From assembly GCA_965202585.1 (NCBI GenBank), contig CBDBBG010000087.1, positions 1 through 64,000 on the forward strand: a stretch of DNA of 64,000 nucleotides, given 5' to 3'. A program made the translations under genes and the position numbers. Below, in pieces: positions 37,061 to 51,964 of this stretch. This stretch comes from Thalia democratica (taxonomy: Eukaryota). The first letter of the stretch is position 1; every line of letters starts with the position of its first letter. The notes under the pieces were generated by a model. It saw only the letters and a list, made by a program, of their open reading frames with translations. It made no database searches and was not told where the DNA came from.

Positions 37061-38169
37061 GTTTTTACGGCGTCGCTTAAAAAGGCAAATTTTTTCTTAC
37101 TATTGTTTATTTCGTCTACTTATTCGCTAGTATGTAAAACTATTACGTTTTTAATCGATGCTTAAGTAATTTACAATCATTATTTTTCTACCAGTGAACA
37201 TTGCTGTACTCAAGTCATAGCGCACAAATGACAACATAGTACAATTTCTTTAGTTCAGACTTTTAGAGTAAGACTATTCTTAGAAGTAAATATGTTTACA
37301 ACTAGCATAGATGAAACAAAAATATATATACAATAATGTTAATTAACTTTATTATTATTAAGAAAAGTCTAAAAACACTACCATACAAACTGTTTGCATT
37401 ATAAAATTTATTTGTTTAAAATTGTACTGTTATTTGCTTGTAATAAGAATTAAGAAACAATAAGAATTCAATACGTTTATACTGTAGATAAAAACTCTAG
37501 TATTTATAAGTCTAGTACATAAATTATCATTAATTTTTTTTATGATTTTCAATCTTCAATATTTTACTATAAAAAGCAATTCGTTAAAATACTTAAAAAT
37601 TTTTCCAAATCAAGTAAGTTATTTAAATTTCGATTAATTACCGATAAAAAAAAATTAAAGTTTAAAGTCTCGTTATTCAACATAGCTACAAAACATGAAA
37701 TAAAACTTATTAAAAAACTTTAACTATTTATTGAACTTTTAGTCATACCATCGTTTAATTAACAGTAAAACAATTCTATTTACTTAAAAATCTAAACTTA
37801 AACTCCTAAACAAGAAATAAATATCTAAAAACAGAAAGCTAAAAAAAAAGTAATTAGAACAAAAACTTTTCAAACCAGCAAACTGCTCATTAACCACCTA
37901 CGAAAATAGAATCTCGATATTCAAAACTTCGACAAGCTTCCAAAGCCGCCGTCTCGCTTTGCTTCTGCTACAAAATAAAAAGCTTCTGCTCGTCGACTTG
38001 CCGTCGAATGCACTTCTTTCCGCCGCTCGGCTCTCTCCGCTGCGTCGCTCATCAAACTTTTAATCGCCGCCGCCGTTGCTCGAAAGTGAAAAGAGAGAGA
38101 AAGGCGACGAAGCATCAGATCACACACGATCCTCAAACAAAGCCGCCACCCCCACTTTCGCGCCCGTGC

Positions 38170-39425
38170 GACCGAAAAGCTGCTGCTGAGCAACAAAAAA
38201 GTCGTGTGTTTAGGGAGGCACAGGAAGCAATAACCTCGCTGTGCGCTTAATTGCGGGGAAGAATGAAATTTTATCGCCGCGTTTTGTTGGCTTTTAACTT
38301 TGTGCTTTTGGTCGACATCGCGTTTTCGTGCTTTTTATTAGTAAGTGGCTGTTTTTCGGGAAAGTGAAAAAGTCTGCAGTAAAGTGTTTAGTTTTTAAAT
38401 CTTAAAACTTTTAAGTTGAATGTTTAATGTGCATATTTTTTAATTTTAAAATTTTAAAATTGAAAAATGTTAAAAACGTTTTACTTTAAAAAAAAACGGA
38501 ATACAATGCAAATAAACAAAAAAGCAGAGTGGTAAATTTTGCAAAGCTCTCACCGTTCAGCCATCTGCTTTTGTGACGTCATAACTTGCCTTGCATAACC
38601 CGAGCTCTAATTTTTTTCGGTGGAAAAAAACCGATCGCGCGCTCGTGGAAAAACATCATATATCAAACAAAATCATCACTGGGTTTTTGCGTTCGCATTT
38701 CGAGCGACCGAAAACCGGCTGCTGAGCTTCAAAGGGTCGCGATTTTGGGTACACGCGAAGCAATAACCTCGCTGTGTGCATGGTGTGGGGAGAATTTTAG
38801 CTTTTATCGCCGCCTTGACCTTTTCTTAGTGCTTTCGGCCGACGTCGCTAGTTTTCTGCGAGTGCATTTTTCTTGGTAAGTGATTTTTTTACGGGAAAGC
38901 GAATAAGTTTTTAGGCAGTTTTTAGTTTCCTAAAAATTTTGAGTTGGTTTTTTATTATAAGTTTGCAAAAAAATTCATTCAAGTTTTTTTTTTTTAGTTT
39001 TTGTAAACTTTTTCGTAAAAGCCAGTTTGTTAAAATTATAGATAGTTGAACAAAAATCGTCAAAAAAAGGCATAAACTGTGAACGAACAAAAAAAAAACA
39101 GCATTTTAAAGATTCACAGCTTTTTATTGTTAAACAATGATACGTTGAAAAAAAATCAGAATACAGAGCGAAAAAAAAACAGAATGGATAGATTTTTTTT
39201 TGCAATTTTGCTCAAACAGTGTGTTACAAATTTCGCAATCTCACAGTTCAACCATCTGCTTTTATGACGTCACAATGCGTGACCCGAGCTCTAATGTTTT
39301 TTCGGTGGAAAAAAGCACCGGTCGGGCGCTCGTGGAAAAACATAATAAATCAAACTGAAGCTTCAATGGGATTTTGCGTTCAAATTTGTAAAATATTTCC
39401 CATGGGAGAAGGATAAACCGCTAAC
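38170..39425. repeat. Tandem duplication of the module A tail + module H
   Basis: GAAGCAATAACCTCGCTG near 38224 and 38758; CCATCTGCTTTT.TGACGTCA near 38561 and 39252. Unit 1 has one copy. Confidence 0.85.
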
Positions 39426-40354
39426 CTGAACAGAAATTCGCGTGTAAAAGTAGAATATAATAAAGTGAGTAGCGGTGTAAGAAGGCCTTTGGGAAAATCG
39501 AATTAAGATTTCCTCACGGTCGTTCTGGTTAATAAAGGTTTTAAAAGTCGTCGCTTACTGGTTAGCTTTCTGGTTTAAAGCGAGCTTCGGTGCCAACATA
39601 TTTTATTCGTAATACTATTTTACCTGCAATGTGCTTGAAGCGGCTTTGTATTGTTGAGATGCTTTTCTTTTGGTTTTACTTCTTTTATAAGTTCTCGACA
39701 CTGACTCCTTCAACAACAGACTGAACTTTTGCAAACGAATAAGTTTTCAAAAAGAACTAGTTGCAATAATAAAAAAAAGTTCAAAGTTTCAGTGAAATAA
39801 AAACAATAACAGTTTTAAATTTAATTTAACATTAAAAGTTATGTTATTTTAAAGTTCATGTTCAGTAACAAGTCTGTGTTAAAAACATTTAATATAAAAA
39901 TATTTTATTTAATATATGTTCTACTTTGCTGCATATCAATAAAAGTTTTTATTTAGTTAAAAAGAAAATTTAAACAAAAAAAAATAAAAATATATATTTT
40001 ATTTTAAGTTTACGGTTTTAAAAAAATTTAATTTCTATAAATATAGTTTTGTTCTCTATATAAAAATTTATAAAAGTTGATCTTTTCTATAGCTTTAAAC
40101 TTATTTTTACAGCTAGAAACTAAGTTATGCACAATGTTTTATTTTTAGTTGCGTAGGTTAGTGATTATTAAACTTATGATACAAGACATAAAACTTATCA
40201 CTAAAATAAAACGTTATGCAAAAACGATGGTATTTTTTTCATTTAAACTACTACTTTTATCGTAAATAATTTTTTATATTAATCAAGCAATCGAGATTAA
40301 GTAAAAAACATTTAGTTTGAATAAAAAACTAACCAATCTAACGGTGTACGAGTG

Positions 40355-40450
40355 TTGCACGCCTCGATAACCGAAAGGTTTTTTTGTACACCAGGTCTTT
40401 AGTCCAAACTTTCTGAGCTCTTTTTTGTCGTTCAATAAACAACAGTACTC
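40355..40450 (+). repeat. Same interspersed repeat (weaker copies at 1250-1300, 29035-29085 and inverted at 9125-9175)
   Basis: CTCGATAACCGAAAGGTTTTTTGTACACCAGGTC...GTCGTTCAATAAACAA. Confidence 0.8.
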
Positions 40451-42884
40451 TAAGACAAATATACATTTGAATGTTAGCATATTTGTTCATTTAAAAAGAA
40501 AACTGTTAAAGACGAATTAAATTTTTTTTTTATCCTTAAACCAAAAAAAAAAACATGCTTATAGTACGCAAGCATTTTGTTTACACCGTTTATAAAAATT
40601 TAAATTATCTTTATAAAGTATAGTTACTGAAAAGTTTCTACTTAATTTTTCAAACAATAACATAAAACAAAATTTTACACTTACTCTGTAACTGTAGTTT
40701 CTACAGTAGTAAATGCTAGAAAATAAAACATAAAATCTATTATATCGTATTTCACTTACCACACTCCAAATGTATTATTAATGTTCAGTCAAATTTCCTT
40801 ATTTGATTTGGCTTGACACTTTTATATGTTGTTGCTGCACTAAAACTTTAGTACTTAATAACATATCTACAGATATAAATCAGTTTAAATTATTAACAAC
40901 GTTCTTTACAAACAAAGAATTTTTTAACAGAATAAAACTGTAAGGAATCTTTTAGTAATAGTTTTTGTCTTTAATCGACACTTGGTAAAAAATTATAAAT
41001 TAAAAAGAATTTGATCATACAAAAAAAAAGTAAGTAGAATACTGGCATTAAAATTTGTAAAAACAACCTAGTTTATTAATTTAAAAGTCAAAAATTGTCA
41101 ATAAAAGAGTTTTGTGTAAAATATTAGAACTATAAAAATAAAAAAGGAGTTTGTTTAACTTACGAAATTTATTGTTTAGAAACTTCGACGAGGAAATTTT
41201 TTTATTAACTCCTTGAATTGTGTTTTTTTTTTATCTCAGGTAAAAGCATTGCTGTTTTTTAGTAACAATGAAGATTGTCATAGCAACGAAACGAGAAACA
41301 AAATTAGGTTGAATTTTGAGTCTATGATTGATGAGTGCACAAAAAACTTGTTTTGAATTTTGTTTTATTTTTCCTTCTAACTCAGTTTCTTATATTACTT
41401 TTTAAAAATATCATACTAGAAATGGATATTTGTGGTCAAATCGCTTGTTATTTTTTTTAGCCTCTTAAGAAACTCATAAGATTATTGATAACTTTAAAAT
41501 ACTTTACTTTTCGTCCGTCTTACCGTCTTTTCACGTAACTTTTTGTTTTAATTTGTAATATTTCAATGTATCATTTTTTAACGTGATCATTAATAAAGCA
41601 TTTCAGTTTAGAATTTTAAAAACATACTTAATGCTTAGTTGAAAGTAGTTTTTCATTAAAGCCTTATTTTTTATTTCAAAGTTTTAACTTATTTAAACAT
41701 TATTACCAGAAAATAAAGAAAATAGTAACTAAATACATTCCTGCAAAGACATTAGAACATTGCTTGCAAAAAAAGTATATAAATTTCTATATAATAAGTA
41801 GACATAACATTAAACAGATTTCACAAATTTCCATTAAAATAAGCTTCTAAATTTTTCTTTGAAATTAATTTTATATCCAATAACTAGTTTATGCTTTTTT
41901 AGAGCTTTTTTATTTCTTTTTAAACAAAAATCAATAATTTGTTAGTCTTTTTCTTTAAAAATGAAGTCCTATGAACTTTAAAGATTAACTTTACTTTCAC
42001 CAGAGTTAAATTACACAGTCACCATTTTTTATTAATTCAGTTTGTTTTGATGAGTACAAGTGAGTAAAGTATCAAATAGTTTAAACGTCATACGATTCAA
42101 ATAATAAAATAAAAATCTTTATTTTGATATTAAATAATTGACTATTATAATAAAATAGTTTTAAAAAATGTAAATTTCATTTATAGTTTAAACTTCTCTG
42201 TGTATTCAATTTCAATTTAACTTCAAGGTGTTTAGACAACTTAAAATCCAAAAAAAAAAAAGCTTTTACCTTTTACAAATAATATGCTACGCGCAAAACA
42301 AGTTTAAAGGCAATTAATTTACAACAACACCTTTTTGTTTATACCAGCAGCTTAAAAAACTCGGCTAGTTTTATTAAAAATTTCAAACAGTTACAAAGAC
42401 TTCAATTTTTTTTTAAAGGTTTTCAAATAAAAAATACTTAATATTTTATTTCAGCAGACTATAAATATTAGAATTAACAATTGTAAAGCAAAAAATAACA
42501 ACATATCCAATTATATTTAAACAGCAAATAGGTAATATTTAAATAGTATTTAAGTGTTAAAGTATTCTATATACTATTGAAACTATTAATAAATGTCAAT
42601 CAGTTAGTTCTTTCAAAAAAAAAAATTGTTATAGTTGTAATTTTTTTTAACTCTTTTAATTTAGTACGCTTTATTGTTCCATAAAAGAATTAAAGAATAC
42701 TTTAGCACAAAATATTTTACTCTAATTTTTTTTTAAATACTAATTTGACTTAATAGTTATATATATATATATATATATATACAATCTTTAAGCTAACATA
42801 TCCTTTTCAGACGAATCTCGCTGCCTAACTTTGCATCGTTCCGCCATCTAACTATAACCTACAAACTGATGAAGAACTGACAAA

Positions 42885-43010
42885 CTTAATGCTAAGCAAC
42901 CATTTCACCTCGGTACATGAGATTCGATCTGCGCTTACTGGCTTAGTTTGATTACAGATTTGCTTTTCCACTGCTTAGCAACCGTTGCCAGCGAACAAGT
43001 TGTTTGAAAA
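42885..43010 (+). promoter_or_regulatory. Module D copy in P1c
   Basis: Matches 3245-3375. Confidence 0.68.
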
Positions 43011-46000
43011 GAGACAGTTTTGTCAGTTTAGCTTGTATGCTGTATAATTTTGCTAGTTATCTTATTTATAAGTAACAACAAAAACATATTTAATTGGTGT
43101 TCCTTCTTTTAAACGAAGCTTGTTTTGTGCTTTATTTTGACATTTTGGTAGATACGGTAATAAAAAGGCAGTTAAGTAGCTGAAAACTTTATTAAACTTT
43201 TGTTACTTTAAAGTTTTTTAGCTTACTAATATTTCTACAAGAATGTTCTGTTTCAGTTTCACTTGAAACTTTTGAACTTTAGAATTTGCTTATAACTTTA
43301 GAAGTTTATGCACATGAGAAAAACTTTCAAATATCTTGCTTTTTCTAAATATTAAATAGTAATTTAAAAATTCAAAGTTTCTGTGCATAGTCTTTTCATA
43401 CCATTATAAGTATACTTTGTAAAACACAGAAATTTAGGATACGATTACACAAAATACTTAATAAAAGCAAAATTAGCTTAAGATATAATAATGTTTTCTA
43501 TTACGTAAAAACAAGTCTAGTAACTAGTTACTATTGGTTACTTTAGCAACAACTCAATCATCATCAGCTGGTTTCCACGCAACGAAGATTCACTTCCTCT
43601 GTGACGTATTAAAAGTAGCATAGTTTAAAGTATGCTTCAGTGGCCATCCATCGTTAGTATAAGCATTTAAGCGAGGGTCGATAGCCGTAACAACGAAAAT
43701 AGGTTTTTATAATGAGAAATTTCAAAAGTTTAAACTACTTTGTAGTAAATTTTAGACTTTTTGTTCTTGTGTTATAGATTTTGTAGATATTTATACTCTA
43801 TTAGTTTCTGTTTTATTAGTTTAAAAAAATTATTGACAAATTTAGTTTATATTTTTTTTTACAGAGTATTAAAAATTACTTAATGCTTTTAAAAATATTA
43901 CAATAAAAGTGAACTTAAAGTCTACGTATAAGTATTGATAAAATGTTTAGAAGTATTTATTTTGTTTTTTTCTTAAAGCTATTTTTATGAATAACTGTTT
44001 TCTGTTTTATATGTGTAAGAAATAGTTTAAAATTTAACATAACGTAATTATTTTGAAAATCTGTAAACGATCTTAAGAATTTGCACGACTGATTCTGAAT
44101 TTGTTCCTTCGTTTTCGCTTATCAACCCTTCAAAGCTGCCACCTTGATAGACACAATAGGTGAGGAATAATCTTGTTGCCAGGACAACGCGTCAACGTGT
44201 TTACGGTGCAAACTTGCTTTTCATCAGATTAAAAGATCGAACGAATTACGCTCTCGACTCTTTTGAGTTGCTTCTAAAAGACTTATGTGAATTTGAGAAG
44301 CAACGGTTCGTAAAAAGAAAACGAAGTCTTTTCTGCAAAACACATCTGGAATAAGCGTCAAAATAATATCTAAAATAGTTTAGTTGTTAAACATGCAGCT
44401 TTCTTTTCATTAACTTAAAACTTTCTGTTTGCGCTCAAACAGCAACAAGCCTGTTTTCCGAAAACTGATCATTCTTAAGCTTGGTTGCCGCGCAGGTAGA
44501 AAGACGAAAACTAACATATTTTATATAATAATACTAAATAATAATAACACCTATTAATAAAACTTCATGCGTAGAGAGGTACTTAGAGTATAACGCTGAT
44601 CTAGAGAGCTCACAATGGATTTTAATAATTATAAGTGACTAAAAAAAGCAAGAAGGCTTTTTGTTGTTTTATTGTTGACGGTTTTCAAACAAAATCTGTT
44701 TGCGATATTTGCACACAGGTCAATGCAGACGACTGCCAACATATAGATGAATTTTAGTATTTCGTTAAGGATTATGAAATTTTATATATTAGTTTTTTTC
44801 TTTTTTGGTTAATTGTGTTAGACAGAATATAAAGTACTAACTCAGTTAGTAACTCAAAAATAGTTAAACAGTTACAAGGATTTTTAAAAAGTCAAATTTT
44901 GGTTACATTTAATAACAACTAGTTATCTAATATTAATGTTACTAAGATTAAAAACACTACATTTTAACAAAATTTATCCTTACATTTCATATTTACAAAA
45001 ACTAATTTTAGATAGTCATTGTTTACAGTTGTACATTTAAAGTTAAATTTTAATGCATTTTAGTTTTTTGTTTAGCACAGCAGCCATTAATTAATAAGAG
45101 TCACTACCAATCACGAAAACTGTAGATTCGAGTATAATATTTTATTTTAGTTGAGAGTAATTAGCGAGACAATTGAATAACTTGTTTCGCGAATTGAACG
45201 ATCGGTTTGTTTTAGAATCTTTACCACCACTACGAATTGACCGAAAAGCAGAACTGTTTGAGGTTTTAAAAGAAAGGCAAACGTTAATTAAGTAGCAAGT
45301 ATTTTTGTAAACTGCTTCGAATCATTATGGGTTGTAAAAGAATATTTTTCCCCAAATATTGTAAAATTTCGTAATCGATACCTTGTATTGGTTTACAAAA
45401 CTGTAAAGGAATTGCTTATTTTTATCTACACAAAACATTAAAATAGTTTGATTACTTTACAAAGTATTATAGGGTGCTAAATAAAAAAAGTATATAAACA
45501 AAACACATTATAAACAAAATGAAATTTAAAAGTGTAAAAGCACTTAGTACAACTGTCGATATTTGCTTTCCAACACTTTCCCTGTAAGCAATTTTTAGCT
45601 GTTAAATTTTGTTTCTCGTAGAGATAATCCTTGAAAGCCTAATCATAAAAGCAACCTAGCATCACGACTGAAATGTTGTTGATACGAAATTGAAACGACG
45701 TGCGGTGTTGTAGTTTGCTCGCTTGTTTTAAATTTAAATGTTTGCCGAACTCGCGTTTACCACTTTTTTCTATTCGATTTCGCTTAAACAAGCAAAATGT
45801 ATTAACCAAACGCCAAAGCTAACTAAAGCACATATTTTATACCTCGTTCCGCCGTTCACAACTTAGCTGTCACTTTCCTCTCCCTTCCATTGACAATCTC
45901 CGTTGTTGGGTTTCTTTTGAAGTTTATCGATTGGTGAGAGTTCTCGTTTTGACCAAGTTTCCTTCTATACCTTCGGCCCGTCTTTTACTTTCACGGCGAG

Positions 46001-48089
46001 TTTTTTTGTTATTATCATCTCGATGTTAATGCAAAATTAAAGGAAAGCTTGCCAGAGTAAAAGTTGGTTTTATTGAAAATTTTAAGCAGGAATGACATAT
46101 AAAGTGCGTTTTGTAAATTAAGATAATCAAAAACAAAAAAAAAAGTATTTGTAGCAATATTTTGCGTTGAAAATAAAAAATTAAGCTCAATTTTAAACCA
46201 TTAGTCAATCAAAGTTCAAATTAAATTAGTTAGAAAGTTTTTAAAACTCCGACAACTGTAATACGACAGATCAAGTTATATAAGCCGAAGTCAGGCTTCA
46301 TACTCAAGTATCGAATTTTTAATATATGCTAATTTAAATTTAATACTTAAGTTCTGACATTCCAAAAATACGACAGTTCCAAACACGATAATTCAAACTA
46401 AACTGTTTTGAATTACGAACTTTAAACTACGTAATTTCAAAATACAAAGATTGAATTTATGAAAAAATTCGTCAGTTTAAGTTTTGACATTTCAATTTAT
46501 TAGTTCAAACAACGACACTGTAAAAGCTAAAGCATAAGTATCTGTTAAATGTTTTGATACATAAGCTTTGATTCAAGAAGTATTCCGTTAATAAACAATA
46601 TTTTTTTAGTTGTTAAATAAAAAATAAAAGTATGCAGTAATAAGACAAAAAGAAGTTTTAGTTAAATTTATTAACAAAAATGTTGAGTCTAAGAATCAAC
46701 GATTTCTGGTATCATGTATATAGTGCTTTTTTATAAACAATTTTTTAAGGTATATAAATATTTCGTATAAAAAAATTTAAACCTTAAAACATTGTAAGAT
46801 TGTATTTAAAGTTAAAGGTTCTGATTTAAATTGTTTGTTTGAATAAGAAATTTCAAACACATTATTTTACAGTTTATAGACTCAAGACAAAGAGAACTAA
46901 GTATGTTTTCATAAATTTTAAAGAACATATTATTGTTTTTAAGCTGTCTAAGTTTAATGTTAAACATCCTAAACAATAGTTTAAAGAACTTAGGAAGGAA
47001 GTTTATCTTTAAAAGTGAAGTGGTTCTACATTTTACACCTAGGGTTTAGACCAGAAAAATAATAAGTTTATTAAGAAGTTTGACAGTTTAATCACTATCT
47101 GTTTCTTTGTAAACTTAATTTATTAGAAAGTCAAGTTGAAATATTGTTTTTAATTAACCTTTTTGAAGATTAGCTAGAACTTGGCATGTTTATGAATGCA
47201 ACAACAGTGTCTAATTTAAACAACTTGAAATATATAAATACTAACCATTAAAGCCGATGTCACTCGGATAACTCAGTTAAATTATCTACTTAAAACACGA
47301 AAGCAGTAAACAAACTTTTTCATTGTTTCAACAAAACTTCGTGCCAAACAAGCTGGTTTTATAAACCCGATTTCATTTTCAGTCTCAGCTAAACTGGACG
47401 ACCGAAAAATACTTTGAGTCTTTATATTTTTTCAGTAAAATTTAATAACTACTTATCACAATAAAGCATAAGTATTCAAAGTTGGTTCGGAAATCAGGGC
47501 ATAATTTGTGTAGATTGAACTTCATATTTTAGCTAGTATTAATGAATGGTGTTGAAAGAAAACTTTCAATTTTCAGTTAAATTCTTAAATAAACGAAACT
47601 TAAAAGCAATTTGACACTTATAGTTGGTTAAGAAATGTGAGCATTTATTGAAATAAATATCAAAGCTTGAATCAAGGTAGGTAAAAATACAACATTTTTT
47701 GCATTAATTATACAAAATTTGTTAAAGTTAGCTACTTTAAGCTAAATAGCAAACAAACATATATTAATAATGGAGTTTATGGAACTTTACACAACTAGTT
47801 GTTTGTATTTTTTGTGACCTACTATTTAAAATACAATACTACAAAGTATTCTACAGTTTACTTAAAAATAAAGTCAAGTTTAGTAAAACATTTGTGAAAT
47901 TTTCTAAAGAACAAAATCTTAAAAAATATTTAAATACGTTTTATTCATAAAAAATGTTAATAAAATAAGAAAAATTGTACAATTAAAGAGCTTTTACAAC
48001 AAACTCATAATAATGCCTAGAAAAACATTGAAATAATAATTTCTGACCAGCTAGTAAATTTTCGAATATAGTTTGAAGATAGTTCATCT

Positions 48090-48550
48090 AAAATTCAACA
48101 TTTGAATATCGACGAGCAATAGGCGGCATTCTGACGAGCTTCGCAAATTTCAACTCAACAATAAAACAACCAGCAATTTTCCACGACGAACTTCATTTCC
48201 CCCCTTCAAAGCGACGTCACAAATACGAAATCTCGAATCTTCTTTCCATCTTTCATGAGTGACAAGAGATAGCAGTTTGCAGATGAACGAAACGAAGGGT
48301 ATTATCTCAGCAAGATGAGAAGTAGCAAAATTAGGTGGGGGCAAGTTGTATGTGAATGATTGGCATCGACTTGGTATTGAACTCACTTCAGCTTTTCTTC
48401 TAAGCAAAAGCTCCTTATGCCGTTAATTAGAGAGGCAGCGAATTAGCAGCGGATTTTTTGCTGGCAGCGGTGGTTTACTGTTGGCACGATCGCCATAATA
48501 GCTCTTAAGTGTATTTCGCGCGCGTTAGTAACCTTCCACACATACGTGTT
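48090..48550 (+). promoter_or_regulatory. Module B upstream of P2c
   Basis: Direct match to 9720-10130. Confidence 0.72.
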
Positions 48551-48854
48551 TCAATAACTTTAGTTTTGCTTCTTATCACCGAGACATGTTATGACGGTAT
48601 TACGTATTCTTTGTTTTCAACTTTGATTCTACTGGATATAAAAAAAAATATGTAACTTAAAAATCAAAACTTTAAAGTAAAACATTTAGAGCTTATAAAT
48701 CACTTTTAAAATACTTTTTTTGTGCCTAAATAGATAAAAAAATTATTTAAAAACCAACTAGCGCATGAAGCAGTAAACTTGAAAAAATCCTTATGACAAA
48801 ATAAAAAATGAGTTACAGACGAAAATCTTTACGTCTATTTCCGAACACAAAGCT

Positions 48855-49245
48855 CAAAACGTCGCCGACCTCGCAGGCTTTCACCTCACCTTTTTATCTG
48901 CTTTTAACCGCATCAAGTTTTCAACACGAGGTGCTACCACACACCATGCGTTAATTACCCCTTTCCGCCTATCGTGCGCTCGTTAGATAGGCTTATTATT
49001 GGCGAAAAAACGAGAAAAAAAACAAATAGTTAAACTTTAGTGAATTTACGCTTCGTTCGTTAACTTCGCATTGAAGTTGTTCGCACAGCGTCGTGCCGAT
49101 ATTTCACTATTTGCACACCACTTGCTGATGTGAGGTCAAGTTTTTCTTCTTTACACAGGTTATTGCCATCAGAAGAAAATTAATTACCATGCAAACTTTA
49201 AACACATTTCAATTTGCGACTAGCATTGGTTGCCGTGGAAGCTAA
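48855..49245 (+). promoter_or_regulatory. Module C of P2c
   Basis: Direct match to 10440-10920. Confidence 0.65.
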
Positions 49246-49942
49246 GTATTGTAAAGGTCACGTAATTTAGAAGTTATAATTAGGCTTTTAGTCTTTTTTA
49301 TTTTAAGTTTTTTCGTTTTTATATTTAGTTTTGATTTAGAGGGATATTTAGATGTGTTGTAGTTTGATTTGTTAAAAATGGTTATTAGCAAAGTTCAAAG
49401 TACTGTTGATCTTTTTTACAAAGTATTTTAAAGCTGGATTTTGTAAAAGTATAATAAACTAAATCTTTTACAATTGTTAATTTATATTTGATGTGTGTTT
49501 GTTTAATCTAAACATTGTAGATCAATAATTTCAGTTTAATTGTTGTTTTAATTTTAGAACATGTGTACATAACAATAACCTTAATTGATTGTTATAACTT
49601 TAATAGTAGTATTTAAAAAAAATTACAATATCGATTTTAGTTACTTTGCTATTTATTTTATAATGTCTTGAGAGTGATAAATTAAAATTAAGTACGAATC
49701 ACTTAATTTTACAAAAGCATAAAAATAAAACATAATTGGTCATTTGTAACCTTTAAACTATTTTCTGCTAATATAAAAACTTTCTGATCAAAAAATTACT
49801 AACTACTAGATATTTTTTTATTGTACAACCTAGTTTTACTTATTACGTAAAACTCTAAAACAAATTTATTATAATTAAAAGTTTTCTAAAATAATTGAAA
49901 CATTTTATAAAAAAAGGAACTAGTTTTTTTTTAAAGTAATTA

Positions 49943-51964
49943 ATGGATTCTTCAGCTATTACAGATGTTTCTCCCAGTTTATCGACAATTTTTAGCCAAT
50001 CAGGTGCATAGCATAGGGATATTTTTTCCTCAACCCGACTTTGTCAGTATGTGGGTAACTACCCGGCAGCTATGTTGCCTGGTAACCCTTTTCTTGAGAT
50101 ACTTCGCAAATTACCCCTAATTTCAGTGGGATTAATTATGCTTGGGCTAAACATAAAAACGGTGATGAATATTCGAGGTTCGACCCGCTACATTTTGAAT
50201 GCCAAAATCAGGTTAATTAGTGAGTTCTTAAATGACCTCGACAAAGAAATAAGTAAGTTAGGTTTTTGATAGAACTTTTTTTTCTTCCCCATTTAAATTA
50301 AGTAGAATTAATTTTTTAAAGTATCGAATAACTTAGGAATTCTTTAGAAATAGTTTAGCTTTTTCTCGCCAATTTGTGAAGTTCGATGTTTTTAGAATTA
50401 AAGTTGTATAAAAAGTTCTATGATAATACAGCTATGATAAATAATACAGCACATCAAAGCAGCTTAAAATGTGTTTTAACTCGTATTTTAACTGCCAATA
50501 AAGCTTACTTATATTACTACACGTTTAGCTGTTTAAATAAAAGCCGTTGCCATTAACTTTTCAAAAACCTATCAAAATAACACGTTTGTTTTTTGACTAA
50601 ATTAAAAACAATAAAATAAAAAAAAACATCAGAGTTGTCAGGTTATTTTTAACTCATCATACAAAAATTTAGACTAATTTGAAAAAAAACGAAAATTTTT
50701 ATTAAATTAGCAGGACTGTTTTAGAGTAAAAATAAAAGTGCACATAGAGTTTAAAAACATTAGTAAAATTAAAAAAAAAACAATTTTGCCAAACATACTT
50801 CAAGAAATTTATTCTTTTTGATTTTTTTTATGTCTGTTGAAAAAAAAGTCTCTAGCCCCATTATAATGAGTTTTGTTGTTTTCGATCAACTTCAGACCTA
50901 TTTTTCAACAAACTTAGTTCTTTTGTCTATCATCAGTACAATACCGACGGTAAACTATTATCCTGCTTTTCACCGAAGCTACTTATCTGTCAACTGAAAA
51001 GATGAACATTTGACACCATTTTTGCAGATGAACTGCAAAGTCACCCTGGTTGCCACGTGATTAGTTGTCACGTGATAGATTATCTGATGAACGATCGCGT
51101 TACCATGTTGATCATTTCGTTTTTATCTCGTAATTATTAAAAATAATTAGTTGATCAAAAGTATTTGTTGATATAGTTACTTATTATTCTTCATAAGATG
51201 TTACTTAATGAAAAATGACAGTTTTAGTTTAATTTATTGACACATGGCTAAAGTGTTTTAGATATTTTTGTTGCGTTTTATCTACATTTGAAAACAAGCC
51301 TAAACGTGTACAATGATTAAATGAAAATGTAGAGAAAATTTTGCATGTACAAGTTTTGTATTACCACCAAACAAACCATTGCCTTTTAAGTTTGCAAACA
51401 TTGAACCTGATATACCAGAAAAATTCAAATCAGAAACAGGAAAATATGATGAACTTTCCAAACTTACCACTATTTGAAAACAGCACATTTTCTACGGAAG
51501 TATTTTTTGATGTGTTCAAAATTCTAGCGTTAAAGAAAGTATTGTTAATAATTTTTATATTGATAAAAGCTTATTTTTTGAGTACAAAATAAATGTTTTA
51601 AATTTACAACAAAGTACTTTAAAACAAAAATATATATATGAAATTAAACTAATAATGTTTTTTTATATAAATATTTGGTAAATTGAAATTTAAAACACAC
51701 AATAAACCAAAATTTAATAAAAATTTTATTTAAGGTGTTATAGAACTTTTCAAAATATACAACTTTTATCCACAACAACTATTAACTTTAAAACTTTGAA
51801 ATTTTTAGTAGCAACCATAATCTGGTCATCACTCAGCAACAATCAAATTCTACTGTGACGTCACCAAAACAAAAGTTTGTCTGTCAAAACAGCCAACTTC
51901 TGGTATCAGAGGACTACAGCCCAGAGTTCCAGTAGCAACGGGGTGGAAACCGACAACAACAACG
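49943..51964 (+). pseudogene. Decayed exons 1 and 2 of the plus-strand paralog P2c
   Basis: 49943-50219 aligns to gene A exon 1 (MDSSAITDVSPSLSTIFSQSGA*), with TAG at 50009-50011 and frameshifts. 51812-51964 aligns to exon 2 but is 153 nt (frame-incompatible) and has an in-frame TAG. Confidence 0.85.

Larger units (their letters stand above)
25926..39425. repeat. Segmental duplication unit 2 (interrupted by the gap)
   Basis: Collinear with unit 1 on both sides of the N run. Confidence 0.85.

Noticed and set aside
25926-39425. Unit 2 as a mere uncollapsed haplotype of unit 1
   Set aside because: The high amino-acid divergence in exon 2, unit-specific duplications and a third, more diverged unit favour paralogy. 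Read depth is still needed to exclude this fully.
40361-40400. Hammerhead or HDV-like ribozyme reading of the GAAA hairpin
   Set aside because: No CTGATGA catalytic core or nested pseudoknot could be found nearby.
42759-42781. (TA)n tracts here and near 11430 and 33280
   Set aside because: Ordinary microsatellites in AT-rich DNA.
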